Below, in pieces: positions 1-6,694 of a DNA stretch of 62,222 nucleotides. The position numbers were made by a program, and so were the translations under genes. The notes under the pieces were generated by a model. It had not been told where the DNA came from and did no database searches. It saw nothing but the letters and a program-made list of their open reading frames with translations. The DNA comes from an uncultured Gammaproteobacteria bacterium. Lineage in GTDB: Bacteria > Pseudomonadota > Gammaproteobacteria > SG8-11. Position 1 is the first letter of the stretch. The number at the start of each line of letters is the position of its first letter. The DNA lies in contig CAZHHW010000005.1 of assembly GCA_964532385.1 (NCBI GenBank), forward strand, positions 1 through 62,222, given 5' to 3'.

Positions 1-454
1 CTCTTCTGACTATTTTTACAGGGAGAAAAGAGGCTTTTCAGGGGCGACTAGCTACCTCCTCGAGCTCGTGCGGTACGTTCATTTGAATCCGGTGCGCGCG
101 AAGCTCGTGCGCCAGGCACACCATTACCCGTGGTGCGGGCACCGCGCCTATTTGGGCCGCGAGACCCTGCCGTGGCTCACCACCGAGTGGGTGCTTAGCC
201 AATTCGGAACGCGACTGGGTACAAGCCGAAATCGCTATGAAGCTTTTGTACGCGAAGGCTACCGCGAAGGGCGACGCGATGATTTTCATTCCGGCGGCGA
301 TGACGATGGACGCGTGCTGGGCGATGATCGATTCACACGGCGTACCCTAAACAAGGCGATCACCTTGCCCAAAACAGTCACCCTGGAACAGGGTCAGGCT
401 TGCATAATTGCATTATCTGATATTATTCCGCGCCAGCGCGATGTCGCTGATTGA
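1..454 (+). pseudogene. Internal fragment of a Y1 (IS200/IS605-like, RAYT-like) transposase gene; frame is open from the window edge
   Basis: nt 49-387 align with nt 812-1150 of the intact copy (offset 763). nt 62-318 are identical, then 5 mismatches. Encodes ...ELVRYVHLNPVRAKLV... but lacks the HUH part; diverges after KTVTL and stops at 454. Confidence 0.6.
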
Positions 455-482
455 TTCACATACTGAAGGAGAACACCTGCCG

Positions 483-1424
483 ATGGCCCGCAAACCGCGA
501 CTACATGTGGACGAAGGAATCTACCACGTCATGCTGCGCGGTAACGGCGGGCAGGCTATTTACTTCGATGACGATGATCGTCTCCATTTTTATCTGTTGA
601 TGCAGGAAGGCATCGCACGTTATGGGCACCGCATCCATGGTTTCTGCCTGATGAGTAACCACGTGCATCTGGTCGTGGAAGTCGGCGCGCAACCGCTGGC
701 GAAGATCATGCAGAATCTGTCGTTCCGCTATACCCGCTGGGTGAACAAGAAACAAAAGCGTATCGGCCACCTGTTTCAAGGTCGCTACAAAGCAGTACTT
801 GTTGATCGCGATAGCTACCTGCTTGAGCTCGTGCGGTACGTTCATTTGAATCCGGTGCGCGCGAAGCTCGTGCGCCAGGCACACCATTACCCGTGGTGCG
901 GGCACCGCGCCTATTTGGGCCGCGAGACCCTGCCGTGGCTCACCACCGAGTGGGTGCTTAGCCAATTCGGAACGCGACTGGGTACAAGCCGAAATCGCTA
1001 TGAAGCTTTTGTACGCGAAGGCTACCGCGAAGGGCGACGCGATGATTTTCATTCCGGCGGCGATGACGATGGACGCGTGCTAGGCGATGAACGATTCACA
1101 CGACGTACCCTAAACAAGGCGATCACCTCACCCAAAACAGTCACCCTGGATCAGCTGATTCAAATGGTATGCGAGAAGTACAACGTGACCGAGAAAACGC
1201 TCGCATCTGTGGGACGCGAGCGTGCAACGTCCGAGGCGCGATCCGTGGTTGGATGGCTGGCACAGCAGTGCGCGCAAATAACCCTGACGGAAGTTGCAAA
1301 TCGTTTTAGGCGCGACGTGGCGACGCTGAGTCACGGAGTTAGACAATTGAGTTTGAAGGCGCAAACTTCCAAACCGTTAGCGACAAAATTGGCGAAGCTC
1401 AACAATACAATTAGGCAAGCCTGA
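483..1424 (+). CDS. Y1/HUH tyrosine transposase-like protein (IS200/IS605 or REP-associated RAYT type) with C-terminal DnaA-domain-IV-like HTH
   Basis: ATG 483 preceded by GAAGGAG. Motifs YHVMLRGN, MSNHVHLVVE (HUH), GHLFQGRYK, RYVHLNPVRA. C-terminal ...ATSEARSVVGWLAQQCAQITLTEVANRFRRDVATLSHGV resembles Bac_DnaA_C. Confidence 0.8.
   Translation: MARKPRLHVDEGIYHVMLRGNGGQAIYFDDDDRLHFYLLMQEGIARYGHRIHGFCLMSNHVHLVVEVGAQPLAKIMQNLSFRYTRWVNKKQKRIGHLFQGRYKAVLVDRDSYLLELVRYVHLNPVRAKLVRQAHHYPWCGHRAYLGRETLPWLTTEWVLSQFGTRLGTSRNRYEAFVREGYREGRRDDFHSGGDDDGRVLGDERFTRRTLNKAITSPKTVTLDQLIQMVCEKYNVTEKTLASVGRERATSEARSVVGWLAQQCAQITLTEVANRFRRDVATLSHGVRQLSLKAQTSKPLATKLAKLNNTIRQA
812..1150 (+). repeat. Direct repeat partner of nt 49-387 (339 nt, 7 mismatches in total)
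   Basis: Base-by-base comparison of the two stretches. Mismatches at copy-A positions 58, 61, 319, 328, 340, 366, 367. Confidence 0.9.
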
Positions 1425-1490
1425 CCCTATGTTCTATGTTCACTATGTTCATGACCCTATGTTCTTCTATGATTCCTCTATGTTTATGTT
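1422..1490 (+). repeat. Array of CTATGTT heptamers (5 perfect, 2 degenerate); the 13-mer TGACCCTATGTTC occurs twice
   Basis: CTATGTT at 1427, 1434, 1443, 1457, 1478; CTATGAT at 1467; TATGTT at 1485. The 13-mer sits at 1422-1434 and 1452-1464. The array starts at the transposase stop codon. Confidence 0.85.
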
Positions 1491-1502
1491 TTGAGAGGTT
1501 TC

Positions 1503-1745
1503 ATGAAACGAGCAGGTGACATGGTGGTGACAAAAGGCATGCTGTGGGGCACGTTTTTTTTTGTCCTATTCGCTCTATTGCCGCAGATTTTAAAAACGTT
1601 CTATAAAAATTCTGTACTTGATGTGATAACAATAGGTATTGCTTGGTACGCATATTTAATTATTCTCGGATTTGTTGTGAGTTTCGTTGTTGGTGTAATT
1701 GGACATGGAAAGAAAATTTCAGGTTGGTTTTCTCGGACGGAATAG
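1503..1745 (+). CDS. Small hypothetical membrane protein (80 aa, two hydrophobic segments)
   Basis: ATG 1503 after GAGAGG. GMLWGTFFFVLFALLP and IGIAWYAYLIILGFVVSFVVGVIG look like TM helices. AT-rich codons; no recognised family. Confidence 0.5.
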   Translation: MKRAGDMVVTKGMLWGTFFFVLFALLPQILKTFYKNSVLDVITIGIAWYAYLIILGFVVSFVVGVIGHGKKISGWFSRTE

Positions 1746-1762
1746 ACTTTTCAAAAAAGGGC

Positions 1763-1786
1763 AAAAAAGGGGACGGTTCACTTTTT
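1763..1786. repeat. Copy 1 of the AAAA-GGGGACGGTTC-CTTTT motif
   Basis: aaaaaaGGGGACGGTTCacttttt. The 11-mer GGGGACGGTTC recurs at 1941-1951 with similar A-run and T-run flanks. Confidence 0.6.
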
Positions 1787-1935
1787 CGGCGGGAACGGGC
1801 AAGTCCAAGCAGTTCATCCCCCGGCTACTACTCATGCATACATGCAAATTTGGGGTAGTCGAACGCGCAAATCGACACGCACACCAAGGTCGATTAGGTT
1901 TTTATCACTCAAAATGAGACAGGACTTGGATGACC

Positions 1936-1957
1936 AAAATGGGGACGGTTCCCTTTT
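1936..1957. repeat. Copy 2 of the AAAA-GGGGACGGTTC-CTTTT motif (small imperfect hairpin)
   Basis: aaaatGGGGACGGTTCccttttaa. AAAA(T)GGG can pair with CCCTTTT. Confidence 0.6.
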
Positions 1958-2303
1958 AATCACTAACGGCTGTCGACACCATCAACGGGCACGCGACCGA
2001 CGTCAATGACGTGATCACCTTCACGCACGATGAACGCGGCCAACTGACCCAAATTAACTAGACCAATACCCGGAACGACAACTGTAGGGTGTGACGCTGG
2101 ATTGGGGCTTTACCGATTAAGCTTCGGGCAAGATGTGAATCGTCCGCAACTGGAAACCTTGATGGCGTTCGGGGTCAAGAACGGGGTCACGGCTCGTCCG
2201 ACGAATATTCGAGTCTCATCGCCAGTAGACGACTTTATTTTTCGGTGACACAACATAAATTTTATAGAAGCAGGGGACATCGACTGCCGATGCCCCCTGT
2301 AAA

Positions 2304-2834
2304 TCACCGCGCCGACAAGACGCTGGCTTGTGGTCCTTGCTCTCCTTGCGCTTCTGCGTAGTGCACCTGGGTGCCGACGCGTAGTTGTTTGAAATTCCCA
2401 TGCGTAACGCTGTTTTCGTGGAAATAAATTTCGCGTCCTTCCGCTGTGGTAATAAATCCGTAACCGGCCTGTTCAAAAACTTGGCTGACGCGGGCGGGAG
2501 TATGCATGTCATGGGTCTTGACTTCATTGCGATGGCGGCGCGCATAACTTTGCAATTGACGCCGCGCAGCATCGAAAGCATCGCGGATTGCGACATATAA
2601 ATCTTCACGCGGCTCGCGTTTTACTATCAGCTCTGCGCCTGGGACATGTATGTCGATGTCGACGTGATACGACTTGCCCTTATGCTGATGTCGATGTGGT
2701 GCGTGAATAACGACGCGGCAACTGGTAATGCGGTCGAAGAATTGGGTGAGTTTGTCTGCCTTGGCATGAATGGCGGTTTCAATCGCCTCTGTCAATGGCA
2801 TATCGCGAGCGGTGATCTGTAAAGCAAGCTTCAT
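2304..2834 (-). CDS. Fusion protein: N-terminal HPF/RaiA/YfiA-type ribosome-associated domain plus C-terminal cold-shock domain (176 aa)
   Basis: ATG 2834 with GGAGG 8 nt upstream. N-terminal MKLALQITARDMPLTEAIETAIHAKADKL... parallels the canonical hpf in this window. C-terminal GYGFITTAEGREIYFHENSV...FKQLRVGTQVHY..GEQGPQA carries CSD RNP1/RNP2-like motifs. Confidence 0.75.
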   Translation of the reverse strand: MKLALQITARDMPLTEAIETAIHAKADKLTQFFDRITSCRVVIHAPHRHQHKGKSYHVDIDIHVPGAELIVKREPREDLYVAIRDAFDAARRQLQSYARRHRNEVKTHDMHTPARVSQVFEQAGYGFITTAEGREIYFHENSVTHGNFKQLRVGTQVHYAEAQGEQGPQASVLSAR

Positions 2835-3079
2835 TTCACTGTCCTCCACTTTTTGTTAAAAGCGATACGACGTGCGTCGACGAACGTGCAACGAATATTT
2901 AGGCGCGGATCGGATCTCCATAGATAAGCTTGATTGTGTTGCGCAGCGTCGCGAGCGCGGCGTCTGCCGTGGCATGAAGAGCCCACGTTTTAATCCTAGC
3001 ACGAAGAACATTCACCACGGCGAGCGGGTGCTGGCAAGAACTGTACGCGACGAGATCAGGAAGGGCGGCGGTCTTGCGA

Positions 3080-3562
3080 CTAGCCGATATAAGCCCAGAT
3101 GGTAATTTCGTAAGTAAGAAGTGCGATGTAAAGCCAGGCATAGCCGTAAATGATGTGGCGAACTTGGAGGATATTAAATATTCGGAATTGATGATGAATA
3201 ACCAAAAACACGACACTGGTCGCGGTCATGGCATATTTTGTTACCAGGAAGATGATCACGCCTTTTTCGATAGCGAGCCTCATGACGATATTCAGCTCAG
3301 TGGCTCCCATCGCAAGCAGTTTGAGGGTGATATGCGCGTCGATCATGCACAACACCAGAATGATCAGGCTGGGGATGAATAACCGCGCATCGTAGTGATC
3401 CAGATAATGATGATGGGCCATTGTCGAGTCACCGATGCTGCGACGCACGCTTCGACGGCGGCCATTGGCACGGAAAACACTAAAAAATGAGGGGCGATTT
3501 TGGCGCCGATCCAGTTGTGACTGACGCATACAATACTGATAAGTCGTTGTTGGGTAAGTCAT
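3080..3562 (-). CDS. Membrane protein, DUF5658-like, with Arg-rich N-terminal segment
   Basis: Three to four hydrophobic helices (LFIPSLIILVLCMIDAHITL..., VIIFLVTKYAMTATSVVFLV, YGYAWLYIALLTYEITIWAYI) after LDRRQNR...GRRRSVRRSIG. Start uncertain (3562 or 3628). Confidence 0.55.
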   Translation of the reverse strand: MTYPTTTYQYCMRQSQLDRRQNRPSFFSVFRANGRRRSVRRSIGDSTMAHHHYLDHYDARLFIPSLIILVLCMIDAHITLKLLAMGATELNIVMRLAIEKGVIIFLVTKYAMTATSVVFLVIHHQFRIFNILQVRHIIYGYAWLYIALLTYEITIWAYIG

Positions 3563-3944
3563 TGTATTTCCAGTGTTACCGATAGGTGTACGAAAATCTG
3601 AACGAAGTATAGTCCGGCAGGGATGCAAAGTTTAAATGAGAAAACGGAATAACCGTTCGCCCAGGTTATACCAACCCGTCGAATGCAAAGGCAGCGCTTG
3701 GGTTAATTTGCGTCTTCCGTATACGCGAGTGAGAACGGATGCACGAATGTTGAGAGTCTTGAAATATTCGGTGGTAGAGCAGCTATATTTAATGAAGGTG
3801 TCAATGAGTGGACAAAACCTTCCTGTGCAGTGACGCAATCTTGACGATTTAGGAAGAACGGGATGCCCTTCGCATCTGTCAGAAAGTTAATTCTCACCCC
3901 TCATTTGCAATGGATTAGTGCAGCCCGAAATTAAATTTTCGTGT

Positions 3945-3960
3945 TGGCACCAATTCTGTA
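3945..3960 (+). promoter_or_regulatory. Weak sigma-54-like -24/-12 element upstream of the PilZ gene
   Basis: TGGCAC-caatt-CTGTA. The GG-N10 spacing is right, but -12 reads GT instead of GC. Lies 78 nt upstream of ATG 4038. Confidence 0.15.
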
Positions 3961-4037
3961 CACAAATCATGTTTATTCGTTCCCACGTAGTCGACTTGGG
4001 TGGGCTCTTCATACTTCAATAAATTCAGGAGCACATT

Positions 4038-4412
4038 ATGTTGGCGGAATCGCGTGAAACCATTCGGCAAAATATCCGGCTTGATGAAGTAAACGGATCA
4101 TTTAGTTTGCAGGTGAAAGATAAGAGTTACGACCCTGCAATGATCTGCGATGTGTCTGTTTCAGGAGCAGGTATTCAACTCATTGAACCCCTGGAAGTCG
4201 GCACTTCGGTCGATATGATTTTCAGCGCGGGAGATTGGAAGATCGCTGTAGAAGGACGCGTGGTGTGGTGCGCGGTTGCGGTGGCTCGCGACGAGCCTGG
4301 CGCCAAGCGGACGGAAGCTTATCGCATGGGTATTAAATTCAATCCGCGCAATGCCAATAACAATGTCATTTTTTTCATGGCATCGCGCTCCGTGGTCCAC
4401 TCACACGCATAA
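4038..4412 (+). CDS. PilZ domain protein (putative c-di-GMP receptor)
   Basis: RETIRQNIR (RxxxR) followed ~30 aa later by DVSVSGAG (DxSxxG). AGGAG 7 nt before the ATG. Confidence 0.8.
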   Translation: MLAESRETIRQNIRLDEVNGSFSLQVKDKSYDPAMICDVSVSGAGIQLIEPLEVGTSVDMIFSAGDWKIAVEGRVVWCAVAVARDEPGAKRTEAYRMGIKFNPRNANNNVIFFMASRSVVHSHA

Positions 4413-4483
4413 TCGAAAACATGGATTCGCAGGTTAAATTCTCTTGGACGTTGAACGCCGGCCATCATTCGTGCTGTGGATTT

Positions 4484-5122
4484 CTAGTGCGGCATGCTGC
4501 GTTTGCTGTTTAACCATTTGATCAGCGGTTGCCACTGTTCCAGGTCGAATTCCACGGCCGAAGGCGCCATTTCAAAAATCCCCAATCCCCGTTCGGCGGC
4601 GCGAATGTAGTTTTGTGTATCACGCAGCGTTGCGATGAAAGGAATATCCAGCGCCTTCAGAAACGTTTCGAGATGTTGATAGATCAGCGTGTGTTCGCGT
4701 ACGCGGTTGGCGATCACCGCCAGCTTCACTTCGTCGCGCGAGACGCGGCCCATGGTGAGAATATCCTGGATGAAATGCGCACAAGCGCGCATATCGATGG
4801 GCGAGGGTAATACTGGGATAAGCGCTGTTTGCACGCGTCTGAGTGCAGGCGTCAGGTCTTTGCCATGGGTGCCGGCCGGGGCGTCGTAGATGACCACATC
4901 GCTATCTTTGGGAATTTTAATTTCATCTTTCCAGCCGCGAATGCCATGAATTACAGGCCGGTCCTGCGGACGCGCCTTGAGCCATTCCAGGCTGCAACCT
5001 TGCGGATCGAGATCGACCACCGTAACCGACTTGCCGTTGGCTGCATAGTAGCTGGCGAGATTGCTCGCAATCGTGCTTTTACCACAACCGCCTTTCTGGT
5101 TCAGGGTTAAGATGCTGCGCAT
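4484..5122 (-). CDS. ParA/MinD-family ATPase (orphan ParA-like, 212 aa)
   Basis: Deviant Walker A LNQKGGCGKST; VVDLDPQG; DVVIYDAPAG (Walker B-like). Confidence 0.85.
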   Translation of the reverse strand: MRSILTLNQKGGCGKSTIASNLASYYAANGKSVTVVDLDPQGCSLEWLKARPQDRPVIHGIRGWKDEIKIPKDSDVVIYDAPAGTHGKDLTPALRRVQTALIPVLPSPIDMRACAHFIQDILTMGRVSRDEVKLAVIANRVREHTLIYQHLETFLKALDIPFIATLRDTQNYIRAAERGLGIFEMAPSAVEFDLEQWQPLIKWLNSKRSMPH

Positions 5123-5184
5123 GATCGCTCCTCGTGGGGGACATGGTTACTGTAGTCGAGATGCGGAACTCCGCCAATGCGAAG

Positions 5185-5955
5185 TTAAAGATCAAACTCG
5201 GCAATGACCGGTGCATGGTCCGAGGGGCGCTCACATTTGCGCGGCGTTTTATCGATGCGGCAACCCGTGCAGGCCTTATACAATGCTGGGCTCGCCAGGA
5301 TGTGATCAATACGCAGGCCCAAATTGCGGCGGAACGCAGCCATGCGGTAATCCCACCAGGTGTAATGACCGCTTTCCTGAGAATGCAGCCGAAACGTATC
5401 GCACAGGCCGGCGTCTATCTGCGCCTGGAAAAATTCACGCACGGCAGCGCTGAAGAGGACAGTGTCTTTCCAGAGTTCAGGATCGTGAACATCGCGTTCA
5501 TCGGGAGCGATGTTGAAGTCTCCGGTGACGACAACATACTCATGCGCTGCCAATTCATTTTTGAGCCAGCCTGTGAGCGCGTCTAACCAGCGGAGTTTGA
5601 AGTCGTATTTGTCCGAGCCCAACGTGCTGCCATTCGGCACATACAGATTGATCATGCGGATCTTGCCAAACGTCGCGGCCAGCACGCGCCGTTCGGGCGT
5701 GGTAAAGCCGGGAATATCGACCAGCACATCTGTTCCGGCCTGGCGGCTCAAGATTGCCACCCCGTTGTAGCTTTTCTGCCCGGCAAAGGTCACCTGGTAG
5801 CCCAGGTTTTCAACGTCCGCGCGCGGAAAATCGATGTCGGTCACCTTGGTTTCCTGCAAGCCCAGCAAATCGGGCTGCTCCACTGCCAGCCAGTCGTGGA
5901 GTTGCGGCAAGCGTATGCGCAGCGAATTAACGTTCCAGGTAGCGACTTTAAACAT
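5185..5955 (-). CDS. xthA: Exodeoxyribonuclease III
   Basis: MFKVATWNVNSLR..., GLQETK, SDHAPVIAEF. Alternative upstream start at 5976. Confidence 0.9.
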   Translation of the reverse strand: MFKVATWNVNSLRIRLPQLHDWLAVEQPDLLGLQETKVTDIDFPRADVENLGYQVTFAGQKSYNGVAILSRQAGTDVLVDIPGFTTPERRVLAATFGKIRMINLYVPNGSTLGSDKYDFKLRWLDALTGWLKNELAAHEYVVVTGDFNIAPDERDVHDPELWKDTVLFSAAVREFFQAQIDAGLCDTFRLHSQESGHYTWWDYRMAAFRRNLGLRIDHILASPALYKACTGCRIDKTPRKCERPSDHAPVIAEFDL

Positions 5956-6694
5956 GTGGGTTGGCCTGACTTTCACCGAGTTTTTTGCGTGCGCGGCGGC
6001 TCATCATCCACCATCCCGCGATGACGCCCAGTATTAATCCCAGCCCCAGGCCCATGAATGACATCAGCCGTGCTGAGAAGCTAGGTGCCATGGGCAGCGT
6101 TCCGGAGGGAAAGAAGTTACCTGCTTCCCGCGGTGCCGGTGTCACGTTGGGTTTGGCTTCAAGCTGAGCCCTCAACCCCGCATTTTCCACTTCCAGCTCG
6201 CGTAAGCGAATCGTGGATTCATAGGATTGCTTGCCGTTATCGCGAATATCGCGGATGTGCTTCTCGAGTTCAACCGCATGCTCAAGCGTATTTTTAACTT
6301 CGGCGCGCAAATCAGAAACAATTTTGCTTTCGTCGCGAGGCGCGACGCTTGTGCCAGGATGTTGCTCAAGGGATTTGAGTGTTTCCTGCGCTTTGGCGAA
6401 ACGTTCGGTGACGTCAAGATACAGTACATGCATGGGCGTATCAGTGGTGACAAATTCAGGCTCTACCCAACCGACGCTGCCGTCATCGGTACGGATTTTT
6501 ACTAACGCGCCATCGCGCGACAGAACTTTGATGGGCAGGCCGCCGACCACTTGTTTAATGACCGGCGCATCAATCGCATTTGCGCCATGCAAAGGAACGC
6601 TCAGCCGATCGCTGATGTAGGTCGGCGGTGGCGGAGGTGTGGCTGGCGGAGCATTAGCAACTAAGGTGGCGAAGAAAAGCCATTGGTAGAACAT
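5948..6694 (-). CDS. SH3-domain protein with coiled coil and C-terminal membrane anchor (TIGR04211/YgiM-like)
   Basis: Signal-like N-terminus, then SH3-like LPIKVLSRDGALVKIRTDDGSVGWVE, then a coiled coil, then the C-terminal TM FMGLGLGLILGVIAGWWM. Confidence 0.7.
   Translation of the reverse strand: MFYQWLFFATLVANAPPATPPPPPTYISDRLSVPLHGANAIDAPVIKQVVGGLPIKVLSRDGALVKIRTDDGSVGWVEPEFVTTDTPMHVLYLDVTERFAKAQETLKSLEQHPGTSVAPRDESKIVSDLRAEVKNTLEHAVELEKHIRDIRDNGKQSYESTIRLRELEVENAGLRAQLEAKPNVTPAPREAGNFFPSGTLPMAPSFSARLMSFMGLGLGLILGVIAGWWMMSRRARKKLGESQANPHV

Noticed and set aside
2048-2250. Start-less open frame ...VNRPQLETLMAFGVKNGVTARPTNIRVSSPVDDFIFR as a gene
   Set aside because: It has no start codon or RBS until late in the frame and no motif I recognise. 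It is reported only as a possible gene remnant within the non-coding-region finding.
4484-5122. ParA gene as evidence for a plasmid or integrated partition locus
   Set aside because: There is no parB, no rep gene and no centromere-like repeat array. The flanks are chromosomal housekeeping genes.
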